A stretch of DNA of 34,600 nt from a virus (lineage: Duplodnaviria > Caudoviricetes), in the IMG/VR virus record IMGVR_UViG_3300037286_000263, positions 1-34,600 of that record; one strand, given 5' to 3'. Of the stretch, positions 1-8,975 are shown piece after piece. Position 1 is the stretch's first letter; each line of letters begins with the position of its first letter. The position numbers were made by a program, and so were the translations under genes. Under the pieces are notes generated by a model, which saw only the letters and a program-made list of their open reading frames with translations, was not told the DNA's origin and did not search any database.

Positions 1-972
1 TTAGTTAATGGTTTTTAGTAGTGCCTCAATTTTCTCTGTTGCCACGGATTCTTCTATTGGAGTAATTGCAACGGGCCCCGTTCCACCTACTCTACCCACC
101 ACAACTGCTGGAATGAGCCCAAGACCGAGAACGGTCGAGGCCTTGCGCGCAAAAGTTGGGGTCAGTGTAAAATAATGTGTTTGTCCGGCTTTAGCATCTA
201 CGAGCATTTGTGGCGTTGTCTCGTACCATGACACCGCAACAATAATTGTGTGATTCCCGGGATCGACGTCAACGTAAGTCATTTTATCTCTATTTAAATT
301 TCTATTAATATTTCCGACACTCACCCATATATCCCCCAAGAAATACTCTTCCCCAATAAAGAACAGGCGTGCCTTTCCATCTTCTGGTTTGAGCAGAATG
401 GCCCCTCCCTTTCTAAGCACACTCAAAATGTCGTTTCTCTTCATGGAAAGAGCTAAATCCAGCATACTCTGGCCGTCAGCATCCTTCGCGTTTACATTGG
501 CCCCCTTTTCAATTAGCAACTTTATTATATTGATGTTGCCAGTTTGCCAAATCGCGTGTGCCAGAGGTGTCATCCCGGAATTGTCTCGTGACTCTATATC
601 AGCCCCCGTGCCTACCAGGAGGTTGATTGTTTCGATCTGGTCATAATAAACCGCCCACATTAAAGCGTCAAAACCGTTTTTATCTTTGGCCTTAATGTCT
701 GCCCCCGATTCAATAAGATATCTCGCGGCACCACCTTGCTTGTTGAATATTGCATACATGAGCGCTGTCATTCCAGATTCATCCGCTTCATTTATGCTTC
801 GTCCTTCGGATTGAAGAGTTCTTATACTATCGATCTCTCCAGAACTTGCCGCCCTAATTATTGTAGACCGCGTACTGGCACATCCATAAGCCACAAACAT
901 GATCACAATGCACGCCGCCAGCGCATGTGGGACCCTCTCATGCAGGATAATATTTACACGTTTCCATCTCAT
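1..972 (-). CDS. Ankyrin-repeat protein, probable lipoprotein, with C-terminal DUF2846-like beta domain
   Basis: About 4-5 ankyrin repeats (GMTALMYA, GFDALMWA, GMTPLAHA, LIEKGANVNAKD); hydrophobic N-terminal stretch ending VAYG-C; SD AAGGA upstream; 14 bp downstream of the repressor on the same strand. Confidence 0.85.
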   Translation of the reverse strand: MRWKRVNIILHERVPHALAACIVIMFVAYGCASTRSTIIRAASSGEIDSIRTLQSEGRSINEADESGMTALMYAIFNKQGGAARYLIESGADIKAKDKNGFDALMWAVYYDQIETINLLVGTGADIESRDNSGMTPLAHAIWQTGNINIIKLLIEKGANVNAKDADGQSMLDLALSMKRNDILSVLRKGGAILLKPEDGKARLFFIGEEYFLGDIWVSVGNINRNLNRDKMTYVDVDPGNHTIIVAVSWYETTPQMLVDAKAGQTHYFTLTPTFARKASTVLGLGLIPAVVVGRVGGTGPVAITPIEESVATEKIEALLKTIN

Positions 973-986
973 GGTGGCGCTTCCTT

Positions 987-1886
987 TTATCTTTCGAGTT
1001 CCCTGGCGTACCAGATCACCTTTCCGTTGATCACGATCGCAGCCCTCGCGATTTCAAAGGGAGGGTACTGCTTATTATCACTCAAAACAAGAATTTTGTC
1101 GGGAAAGACGGGCTGGACGCGCTTGATCATGATCTCATCGTCTATGGATACGGCATATATTCCGCCCTGGGAAGAAATGCTGCTGCGCCCATGATCGACC
1201 AGGACGAGATCTCCTGAGAGAAGTGTCGGATCCATGCTGTCGCCGGCAACTTTAATCAGGGACATATTATCAGCCTTGCCGCCTCTTTTTTTGATCCAAT
1301 CTTTCCGGAAGGCGGCCTGTATGTCTGCAGAATTGTCCGGCATCAGGCCGCCGCCGGCGCTGATCTTGCCGTTGACCTGGCGGATAAAGACAAAATCGTC
1401 GGCCGGAAAATCAGGTTGAACGGGGATGGTCTGATGACCAGAATATTCCCTTAAAGCTTCCTCATAATCAAGAGACCCATCGAGGCTCTTTTTTAATTGG
1501 TCGATAAACTTTTTCCCTTCCGCCACGTATACATCGGTTCCTTCTGCAGCGCCTCTCCCTTTAACGTATTCACAAATCAATCTCTCTTCACGAGAGACTG
1601 AATGTTCCAAACGATCGATTAATTCTTCAATAATGACGTCTCGCGCAAGGGCTTCTTGCACGCGATACTTTTCGATATCTTCTATGCCCGTCAGAATCCA
1701 ATCTACACTCTTATTATGTTTCTTGGAAATTTTGGTGAGTAATTCAATGGGGGGCACACGATCACCCGCTTCATAATACTGATACGCACGCAATGCCGTC
1801 CCTATATCAGAAGCAAACTCTGACTGAGTCAGTTTACCTCTTAAAATCTTTAACCTATTACCAATATCAATATATTTTTTTATCAT
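987..1886 (-). CDS. CI/LexA-like phage repressor (XRE HTH plus S24 peptidase domain)
   Basis: N-terminal HTH (LTQSEFASDIGTALRAYQYYEAG), Ala-Gly site (ISAGGG), catalytic Ser (GDSM) and Lys (IMIKRV). ATG at 1886 preferred over the GTG at 1925, which lies inside the divergent promoter region. Confidence 0.92.
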   Translation of the reverse strand: MIKKYIDIGNRLKILRGKLTQSEFASDIGTALRAYQYYEAGDRVPPIELLTKISKKHNKSVDWILTGIEDIEKYRVQEALARDVIIEELIDRLEHSVSREERLICEYVKGRGAAEGTDVYVAEGKKFIDQLKKSLDGSLDYEEALREYSGHQTIPVQPDFPADDFVFIRQVNGKISAGGGLMPDNSADIQAAFRKDWIKKRGGKADNMSLIKVAGDSMDPTLLSGDLVLVDHGRSSISSQGGIYAVSIDDEIMIKRVQPVFPDKILVLSDNKQYPPFEIARAAIVINGKVIWYARELER

Positions 1887-1946
1887 ATGCACAATTTGTT
1901 CATTTTCCGCTTGACAAGAACGCACATACTGTCGTATTAAGCCACC
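1887..1946. promoter_or_regulatory. Divergent immunity control region with rightward sigma70-like promoter and two candidate operators
   Basis: TTGACA (1911-1916), 18 bp, TATTAA (1935-1940); imperfect palindrome ATGCACAA-T-TTGTTCAT (1887-1903) and related ACGCACATACTGTCGTA (1920-1936). Confidence 0.6.
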
Positions 1947-2192
1947 ATGAACGATATATTAATCACACCGCCGATCAAAAAAAAGGGGCGCTATGTCAGC
2001 GCACTGCTCATCATGCACGGCATCAACCAGGCGGAATTGGCCGAAAAGATCGGCGTATCACAACCCTTCTTATCCATGATCATCAACGGCCGTCGCATCG
2101 GCGCAAAGGAAAAAGGAAAACTCGCTCGACAGGTCATTGCCGAATCCCTCGGCGTGGCGGTCGAGGATCTCTGGCCCAAAAAGGCCGCATAA
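1947..2192 (+). CDS. Ner/Cro-like HTH transcriptional regulator
   Basis: HTH (INQAELAEKIGVSQPFLSMIING) and Ner-like ending IAESLGVAVEDLWP; divergent from repressor. Confidence 0.88.
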   Translation: MNDILITPPIKKKGRYVSALLIMHGINQAELAEKIGVSQPFLSMIINGRRIGAKEKGKLARQVIAESLGVAVEDLWPKKAA

Positions 2193-2208
2193 CAAGGAGG
2201 AGATCTTT

Positions 2209-2454
2209 ATGAAAGTTCGAATCATCGATGACAAAGAAACCACTGTCTGGGAATACGGCTATACCAACGGTAATCGTGGCGGCATGACATGCGCGGCTTA
2301 TGCAAACAACGGAACGCTTCCGGCCATCATCGATGCCTTGGAACTGGCGCTGGAACAAGCACTCGCAGAGCTATCTATGTTTCAGCACGTTGATGGAGTA
2401 CTTGATGTTGGCGCTGCCCCCGCCCAAATCCAGAACAATGTTCCAATAACCTGA
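2209..2454 (+). CDS. Hypothetical early protein
   Basis: Strong SD AAGGAGG before ATG 2209; 3' 84 nt overlap the antisense gene at 2371-2637. Confidence 0.55.
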   Translation: MKVRIIDDKETTVWEYGYTNGNRGGMTCAAYANNGTLPAIIDALELALEQALAELSMFQHVDGVLDVGAAPAQIQNNVPIT

Positions 2455-2637
2455 ACTTGGAGCCGGGATTCGTGCGGGAAACATTTTATAGTGCCCGCCG
2501 TAATGAGTAAATCCCTGGCTCCGCTTGTAGCTGCTGAAATTAAGGTCGTCCATGAGCATGATATTGCACTGGTGGGAGCAATCGATAATGGCCACATCAC
2601 CTTCATTTAAATACTCTCTTGAATGCAAAAATTTCAT
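2371..2637 (-). CDS. DUF1883-like small beta protein (moron)
   Basis: Pattern GDVAIIDCSHQCNIMLMDDLNF..Y.....F..YGG.....P.RI..P.SGYWNIVLDLGG resembles DUF1883; SD AAGGAG; AT-richer than flanks. Confidence 0.75.
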   Translation of the reverse strand: MKFLHSREYLNEGDVAIIDCSHQCNIMLMDDLNFSSYKRSQGFTHYGGHYKMFPARIPAPSSGYWNIVLDLGGGSANIKYSINVLKHR

Positions 2638-2723
2638 GGTGACTCCTTATAGTCGAAAAATGTTGGACCAAAAGGACAATTTTCAAAGTTGATTTGATTT
2701 TACATAAAAAGCGGGGGATTGCA

Positions 2724-3209
2724 ATGTCAAAAATACGCAAGCAAACTGACGAAAAGCAGATCAGCCTCTTCACCTACCTCGAACCCGAAATCCCGCCGTC
2801 TCCGGGCAGCATGGATGTCAGCATGCGGCTCCGCCACGCAGTCTCAAACGCCATCAAGAAATCAGGGAAAGACCGAATCGACATCTGCGCCGAGATCTAC
2901 AAGCTCAGCGGCAAAGAGGTGGCGAAAAGCACCCTGGATGGATGGTCGGCCGAGAGCCGCGATCTGTCAAACGACAGCATCGATTTTAACGGCAATAAGC
3001 GATGGGGCATGTCCGGCGATGTGATCGCCGCCTTTTGCGCTGCTACGTCTGATTGGGAAACACTTTTTGTCCTGGTCGAGGCCTGCAACTACAAGGCGCT
3101 CAAGGGAAAGGACGTGGTTCGGGCGAGGATCGGGCTGCTCAAGGAAGAAATCACGAAGAAGACCCAGGAGCTCAAGGACCTGGAAAAGGCACTGGTGAAA
3201 TCACAGTAA
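2724..3209 (+). CDS. Hypothetical phage regulatory protein (helical, C-terminal coiled coil)
   Basis: ORF in early operon with SD-like GGGGG; phage-typical QISLF motif; coiled-coil C-terminus. Confidence 0.7.
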   Translation: MSKIRKQTDEKQISLFTYLEPEIPPSPGSMDVSMRLRHAVSNAIKKSGKDRIDICAEIYKLSGKEVAKSTLDGWSAESRDLSNDSIDFNGNKRWGMSGDVIAAFCAATSDWETLFVLVEACNYKALKGKDVVRARIGLLKEEITKKTQELKDLEKALVKSQ

Positions 3210-3223
3210 AGCGGGAGGTGGGC

Positions 3224-3535
3224 ATGGCTGCAAAGAGTTGCAGGAAGATCGATGTGTTGATGACGGCGGACCGCATCCTGGGTGTGCTGCAGGATTCACC
3301 GGCGCCGTTGAGCATCGGGGAGTTGACCCGGTTGACGGGTTTTTCCACGGACATGGTCTTCCGTCAGATGGGCACGATGGAAGACCTTCGCTGGGTGGAC
3401 CGGATCGGCGAAGGGTTTGTCCTGGGCATGCGGCTGGCACTGGTGTGGGCCAGACGCAAGACGTTGACGGAGGCAAGGATCGGGCGGTCGCAACGGGAAT
3501 TATCTGAACTGATGGGAGGAAGCAATGACAACTGA
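3224..3535 (+). CDS. IclR-type winged-helix protein
   Basis: SD GGAGGT; RILGVL...PLSIGELTRLTGFSTDMVFRQMGTMEDLRWV..IGEGFVLG matches the IclR N-terminal wHTH pattern. Confidence 0.8.
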   Translation: MAAKSCRKIDVLMTADRILGVLQDSPAPLSIGELTRLTGFSTDMVFRQMGTMEDLRWVDRIGEGFVLGMRLALVWARRKTLTEARIGRSQRELSELMGGSNDN

Positions 3536-4559
3536 AGCGGATAGGCGGGTGAAGAACTATTCGGAGGCGGCGGAATCAATGGAAATCGAGAGGCGAAACA
3601 TCGAGAAGAACGCCGCGACGGCACAGCGGGAGAAGGAAGAGGCAATCGCCAATGTTTACAAGATGGCGGGAAAAATTTCGGCGACAACCTTCTTCAAAAG
3701 CCAGGCGGAGTTTTTCAACCTCGTCATGTTGAAGAAGGTGAAGGATTCGAGGGAATACCGCGAGCGTTTTGGTATGACCTGGGAGCAATTTTGCGAGCAC
3801 GTCGGAGTGAACCGGCGAACGGTAGACCGGCAGCTTGATGATCTCGAACCGTTCCGCCAGGATTTTTTGGACACGCTGTCCAATTTTTCCGGGGTCACTA
3901 TAAACAAAATCAAATACTTGGGAATGGCCGTTGACCAGAAAACGGCCAACGTGTCCGAAAATGCCATCACCTATGCCGGCGAAACCATCCCCCTCGATGC
4001 CGAGCACAAAGACGATATCCAGGCCCTCCTGGAGAACCTCGAAATAGCCAGCAAGCAGGGAAAAGAAGAGTTAGAGGCAGCCCTGAGCGCTCAGAAAAAA
4101 ATCGCTGCCGCCAAGGAGAAGGTCATCAACAAAATGGAGCGGGATCTCAAGCGGCTGGAGCGGACGGTCGAGAAAACCGACCTGACCGAAGAAGAGCAGG
4201 AGGCCCTCAACCTCCTCGTCCAGGTGCAAACGGACTTTATGCTCTGGATCTCGGATATCAAAAAAAAGATCGAGCCCGGCAAAGCCCCCCAAATCGCCCT
4301 CCGCCAGCTTTATTACCTCTATATTCTTATCTCCAAAATGGCCATGGAGGAACGCCTGGCACTGCAGGAATTCTACCAGAACGCCGAGGAGGTCCCCTGG
4401 GAGATCACAGAGATGGAATTGCCGCCTGCGGAGATCCTCATCGACAACCTGCCCAGGACTGCCGGCAGGGGCATGGGCGCCAAGGTTAAGGCGAAGATGG
4501 AAGGGCGGCAGGCAGCCAGGGACGCGAAGAAGGGAAATAAATCAGAAAAGGACAACTAA
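3525..4559 (+). CDS. Conserved Mu-like early protein upstream of transposase (DUF3102-like, coiled coil)
   Basis: 344 aa; TWEQFCEHVGVNRRTVDR HTH-like motif, long coiled coil; position immediately before transposase. Confidence 0.7.
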   Translation: MTTEADRRVKNYSEAAESMEIERRNIEKNAATAQREKEEAIANVYKMAGKISATTFFKSQAEFFNLVMLKKVKDSREYRERFGMTWEQFCEHVGVNRRTVDRQLDDLEPFRQDFLDTLSNFSGVTINKIKYLGMAVDQKTANVSENAITYAGETIPLDAEHKDDIQALLENLEIASKQGKEELEAALSAQKKIAAAKEKVINKMERDLKRLERTVEKTDLTEEEQEALNLLVQVQTDFMLWISDIKKKIEPGKAPQIALRQLYYLYILISKMAMEERLALQEFYQNAEEVPWEITEMELPPAEILIDNLPRTAGRGMGAKVKAKMEGRQAARDAKKGNKSEKDN

Positions 4560-4560
4560 C

Positions 4561-6369
4561 ATGGCCGTCTCGGAATCTATTATGGATCATGTGCGGGAGA
4601 GCTTGCGGGGCCTTAAAGGCGGAGCGGTCGCGCAAAAGACAAGAGATCTGGCCGCGCATTACGGCGTCACAACAGCTACCATCAACCGTTATGCGGCCAA
4701 GCGGGGCCTGCGTTTCCGCAAGGAACGGTCCACGAAAGGCGCATCAAAGGCGACGCGGGAGATGTGCCTGGATGCCTCGACGCTGCTTTTATCCTCGCGG
4801 CGGACGTCGAACGAGATCCCCCTGCCGGCCTGCGACGCAAAAACCATACTGGATGATTCGGGGATCAAGACGGGCGGCGTTTCGACAAGCTGGTTTCTTT
4901 CGCGCCTGCGTCAGGAGCAGATATCCGCAAAAGACCTGCTCAAGCCTGCCCCTCATCAACGGCTTCTATCCGATCACCCCAACCATGTCTGGCAGTTCGA
5001 TGTGACGAACTGCCTCCAGTACTTCCTCGATACCAAAAAAGGCCTGGGCGAGCGGGATACGGAGATGACCCTCTACAAAAACAAGCTCGTCAAGACGGCC
5101 AAGACCATCAAGAAGGAACTGCTCCGGTACGCGGCGGTGGACCACTGCTCCGGAGCTTTCTATTTTCAGTACTTCTATGCATCCGGCGAACGGGCGGCGG
5201 ATGGATCCCAATTCCTCTTTACGGCCATGCGCCCGAAAGATGAACTGATCAAGCGGACGTGGAACGGGTCATCCGCAGAGATGCTCGGCAAATACCGTTT
5301 TCACGGCGTTCCCTTCCTGTTGATTGCCGACCGGGGATCCATCATGACGGCCAAGGCGAACCAGGCGCTCTTTGACGCCCTCCGGATCGACATGCAGGCG
5401 CACATGCCGGGAAATCCCCGCGCAAAGGGCGCCATCGAAGGGCTCATGCACTATATCAACCGGTTTGAGGGGCGGTTGAAGTTCCAGCGTCCCGCCGATC
5501 TTGACGAACTCAACCGCTGGGCGCTGGATTGGTGCATCTACGTCAACGCCGCCTTGAAGATGCGCGATATCGCGCCGCGCTCCGTCCTGTGGTCGTACAT
5601 CAAGCAGGAGCAGTTGCGGCTTTGCCCGGAGGAATCGCTTTACCGCCTACTAATCAAAGAGCCGACGATCACCAGGACGGCAGACGGATCACGTTTAATC
5701 AGCGTGGACAATCGTCATTACCAGATACCCGATTCCCAGGCGGCCGGCCAGAAGGTCAACGTGGTCCGCCATCCCTACGAGTATCCGAACGTTGAGGTCC
5801 ATTTCAACGGCTTCGTCTGGCTGTGCGAACCCATCCCGGAAGATCAATACGGCCGTCTGACGAACGGCGTGCCCTACGGAACCTACCAGGGCGTCAAGCA
5901 CACGCAAACCCAAAAGGCCAGGACGGAGATGGAGAAGAAAGCGGAGTCCTGGGGCCTCAAATGGAAGGGCACGGGGGATAAGCGCATGGCTGAGGCGCCG
6001 CCCGTCGGCTTTGAATCGCCGCTGACGGTCTTCGGCCACCAGGCGGACAAGGTGGGCAATCTGGAGTTTATCGAGCGCAAAGGAACGCCGCTGGAGATCA
6101 AAGTGGCAGAGGATATGCCGGAGAACAAGTCATTAATGACGGACGCCGCTGAGGTCTCGCGGGGGATCGCCGCCCGGCGGATATCTTTTGTCGAGTTGCT
6201 GAAGCGGCTGAGCGCCGAGATCGGCGTCATTACCCCGGAGATGAACCGGACGCTCCGGGAGCAGTACGAATCCGGAATTGAGATCAGAGAAGCGGAGGAG
6301 GTGATTGCGTCAATACAGGACGGAACGTGGGCGACGACGGAGAAACAATCGGTAGTGGTGGGAGGATAA
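4561..6369 (+). CDS. Mu-like DDE transposase (MuA analogue)
   Basis: Integrase core motifs HPNHVWQFD, AVDHCSG, LIADRGS, PGNPRAKGAIE; N-terminal HTH; 602 aa. Confidence 0.95.
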   Translation: MAVSESIMDHVRESLRGLKGGAVAQKTRDLAAHYGVTTATINRYAAKRGLRFRKERSTKGASKATREMCLDASTLLLSSRRTSNEIPLPACDAKTILDDSGIKTGGVSTSWFLSRLRQEQISAKDLLKPAPHQRLLSDHPNHVWQFDVTNCLQYFLDTKKGLGERDTEMTLYKNKLVKTAKTIKKELLRYAAVDHCSGAFYFQYFYASGERAADGSQFLFTAMRPKDELIKRTWNGSSAEMLGKYRFHGVPFLLIADRGSIMTAKANQALFDALRIDMQAHMPGNPRAKGAIEGLMHYINRFEGRLKFQRPADLDELNRWALDWCIYVNAALKMRDIAPRSVLWSYIKQEQLRLCPEESLYRLLIKEPTITRTADGSRLISVDNRHYQIPDSQAAGQKVNVVRHPYEYPNVEVHFNGFVWLCEPIPEDQYGRLTNGVPYGTYQGVKHTQTQKARTEMEKKAESWGLKWKGTGDKRMAEAPPVGFESPLTVFGHQADKVGNLEFIERKGTPLEIKVAEDMPENKSLMTDAAEVSRGIAARRISFVELLKRLSAEIGVITPEMNRTLREQYESGIEIREAEEVIASIQDGTWATTEKQSVVVGG

Positions 6370-6381
6370 GGAGGTGAGTGT

Positions 6382-7668
6382 GTGGGAAGGCCAAAAACTA
6401 ATAGTGTAGCCCCGTATAAATTAGTGTTTGAACCAATAGTTTTGAAGGAATTGGCCCTGGATTGCGGCATCAGCCAGTCCCGGATCGCCCAGGAAACGGA
6501 GCTGTCCCGGCCATCGATCAATCTGACTCTGAACCGGGGATACATCCCCAAGGAGCGCCCTGATTTCCGGAAAAAGGTCGAGGTCATGATTCGGGCTGAC
6601 CGGCGGGCGATGAAGTGGCTGACCATGCGGCAGATGACAGAGGCGGACGTCTGGCAGCCCTTGGGCAAGGATTTGCGGCACGTCTCGCCCGCTGCGGACA
6701 ATCAAAAAATGTGGAAGACCAGGCGGTCACACGCAATGGTTCCGGGCGATCCGGAAAAAATCATAACACGGGAGGTGGAGATGATCAGTCAGGAGGCAAT
6801 GAAGCATTTCAAGATTTTCAGGAATCCTTTTATTGACGATATCCAGAAGGATTCGGACATTTTCATGAGCGAGGAGCACCGCTACATCGAGGCAGCCATG
6901 ATCGATGCGGCCCGTCACGGCGGATTCCTCGCGGTGATCGGAGAGGTGGGATCCGGCAAATCGGTTATGCGGCGCAAGGTCGTCGAGCAGCTCAAAAAAG
7001 ACGGCGACGTGATCGTGATTTTTCCGCAGATGATCGACAAGAACCGCGTAAACGCGGCCAGCATCTGCGACGCGATTGTCATGGACCTCTCCGAGCAGCG
7101 TCCCAGGATGAGGCTGGAAGATAAAACCCGGCAGGTCCACAAGCTCCTGCTGGAGCGGGCGAAACAGGGGTTCCGCGCGGTCCTTATCGTCGAGGAGGCT
7201 CACGACCTGCACACGAGCACGCTGAAGTACTTAAAACGATTCTACGAGCTGGAGGACGGCTATCGGAAGCTTCTCGGCATCGTCCTGATCGGTCAGAGCG
7301 AACTCAAAAATTTATTCAACGAGCAGTACCACATCGACCTCCGCGAGGTGATTCGCCGCATACAGGTTGCCGAGATCAAGGGGCTCAACGGGAATATCAA
7401 GGCATACCTGTCGCTGAAGTTCAAGCGGATCGGGGCAAAGATCGATGACATCTTCGACGACGGCGCCTTTGCGGCCCTCTCACGCCGCCTGAAACTCCAG
7501 GACCGCAACAACCGCGCAATCTCCCACGCCTACCCCCTGACCGTCAACAACTATGCGGCGCTGGCGATGAACGAAGCCTTCGAGCTGGGCTTCCCGAAAG
7601 TGTCGGCGGACGTGATCATGAAGATCGGAGAGCCCAGGGAATCGGAGAACGTAAGGAGCGGGTCATGA
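6382..7668 (+). CDS. AAA+ transposition ATPase (MuB analogue, ExeA-like) with N-terminal HTH
   Basis: Walker A GEVGSGKS, Walker B LIVEEAH, IVLIGQSEL; SD GGAGGT before GTG; follows transposase. Confidence 0.93.
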   Translation: MGRPKTNSVAPYKLVFEPIVLKELALDCGISQSRIAQETELSRPSINLTLNRGYIPKERPDFRKKVEVMIRADRRAMKWLTMRQMTEADVWQPLGKDLRHVSPAADNQKMWKTRRSHAMVPGDPEKIITREVEMISQEAMKHFKIFRNPFIDDIQKDSDIFMSEEHRYIEAAMIDAARHGGFLAVIGEVGSGKSVMRRKVVEQLKKDGDVIVIFPQMIDKNRVNAASICDAIVMDLSEQRPRMRLEDKTRQVHKLLLERAKQGFRAVLIVEEAHDLHTSTLKYLKRFYELEDGYRKLLGIVLIGQSELKNLFNEQYHIDLREVIRRIQVAEIKGLNGNIKAYLSLKFKRIGAKIDDIFDDGAFAALSRRLKLQDRNNRAISHAYPLTVNNYAALAMNEAFELGFPKVSADVIMKIGEPRESENVRSGS

Positions 7669-7817
7669 TTAAAAAAATTAAAATTTATGTCGAACAGGAA
7701 CCCTGGGACGAGGAGTTTATTCGACAGGACAGGCTGCTGCGGGGGGTCACTTGGTGCATCCTGGCCATAGCGGCCCTGGTGTTCGGCCCACCCTGCATCA
7801 GCATCTTCATGAGGTGA
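7665..7817 (+). CDS. Small membrane protein, 50 aa (not in ORF track)
   Basis: ATGA overlap with ATPase stop, SD AAGGAG; MIKKIKIYVEQEPWDEEFIRQDRLLRGVTWCILAIAALVFGPPCISIFMR has one hydrophobic helix. Confidence 0.65.
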   Translation: MIKKIKIYVEQEPWDEEFIRQDRLLRGVTWCILAIAALVFGPPCISIFMR

Positions 7818-7820
7818 TCA

Positions 7821-8045
7821 ATGACGAAACGTGAACGCCGATGGGCGAGACAAAAGGATAAAAAGCCGCGTCGAACCGAAACCGAACAGCCCGGACTCTT
7901 CGCAGGAGTCATCCCGGGTGAACGGCCCTACGGCAACGGAAACCATTGCCAGGCCAGAAATGATCGGATCGACACGGCGGTCTGCATTGTACAACAGTCC
8001 CGCGAGCCGCGCAAGTGCGTTGGATGCGGATTGTTCAAGTCGTAA
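7821..8045 (+). CDS. Small Cys-containing hypothetical protein
   Basis: SD GAGGT; four Cys ending in CVGC; fills operon gap. Confidence 0.6.
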   Translation: MTKRERRWARQKDKKPRRTETEQPGLFAGVIPGERPYGNGNHCQARNDRIDTAVCIVQQSREPRKCVGCGLFKS

Positions 8046-8056
8046 AGGAGTAAAAT

Positions 8057-8584
8057 ATGGCAACACTGGCTGAAATCGAGAAATTAACGAAGGAATATGC
8101 AGAATGGAGGCAGCAACTGGCTGATGCCGTGCGCGCCCTCGAGGATGAGGTCAGCGCCGTCAAACGGACGCACATCACTGCAATCAAACGGAAGGTTGTC
8201 GCGGTCACGGAACGCCAGGCCGCGCTGAAAGCGGCGATCGGAGAGAGCAAGGATTTGTTCAAAAAGCCCCGGACGATAATCATCCATGGCGTCAAGATCG
8301 GGTTCCAGAAGTCAAAGGGAGAGATGAAGTGGATCGATGCGGCCCAGGTGGTCAGGCTGATCAAGAAACATTTCCCGGACCTGGCGGAGACCCTGATCAA
8401 GACGACAGAGATGCCGGTCAAGGCCGCCCTGGGGCGGATCTCCGCGGCGGATCTGAAGCGGATCGGCGTCATGATCGATGACGACGGCGACCAGGTGGTG
8501 ATCAAGAGCACGGACAGCGAGATCGACAAGTTTGTCGAGGCCCTGTTGAAGGATGACGAGCAGGACGAAGCGGAGGCGGCGTAG
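8057..8584 (+). CDS. gam: Host-nuclease inhibitor Gam-like protein
   Basis: Coiled-coil N-half then LFKKPRTIIIHGVKIGFQKSKG and LKRIGV motifs typical of Mu Gam-like proteins; SD AAGGAG; Mu early-operon position. Confidence 0.8.
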   Translation: MATLAEIEKLTKEYAEWRQQLADAVRALEDEVSAVKRTHITAIKRKVVAVTERQAALKAAIGESKDLFKKPRTIIIHGVKIGFQKSKGEMKWIDAAQVVRLIKKHFPDLAETLIKTTEMPVKAALGRISAADLKRIGVMIDDDGDQVVIKSTDSEIDKFVEALLKDDEQDEAEAA

Positions 8585-8968
8585 ATGGCGCTCTTTGGAT
8601 ACGGGAAACGGTTCGCCCCGATGGTTAAAAACGGCCTACAGGCACCTCCGGATCCCAATATTCGAATCAAGCGGCAGACCATCAGGGCTAAGCGCAGGGA
8701 TGGAAAAAACGCCCATCCCGGAGAGACGCTTCATCACTATACCGGCCTCAGAACAAAAAGCTACCGAAAATTGGGAATATCAATCTGCAAAAGCGTCGAG
8801 GAGATTACTATCGAGGCCAATGGAATCAACGTGGCAGGGACATGGCTTCATCACGCTGAGGTTGAGAATCTGGCCTTTGACGACGGGTTTGATTCCTTCG
8901 AGCAATTACTGGCCTTTTTTGAAACGGAGCATGGCCTTCCATTTTGGGGCCTGCTCACCAAATGGTGA
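8585..8968 (+). CDS. ASCH/PUA-like domain protein
   Basis: KRQTIR...PGETLHHYTGLRTK and LAFDDGFDSFEQLLAFF motifs resemble phage ASCH proteins. Confidence 0.7.
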   Translation: MALFGYGKRFAPMVKNGLQAPPDPNIRIKRQTIRAKRRDGKNAHPGETLHHYTGLRTKSYRKLGISICKSVEEITIEANGINVAGTWLHHAEVENLAFDDGFDSFEQLLAFFETEHGLPFWGLLTKW

Positions 8969-8975
8969 TCTGAGC

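Noticed and set aside
1887-1925. Extended repressor N-terminus from GTG 1925
   Set aside because: Would overlap the rightward promoter and candidate operators; the HTH domain starts right after Met 1886.
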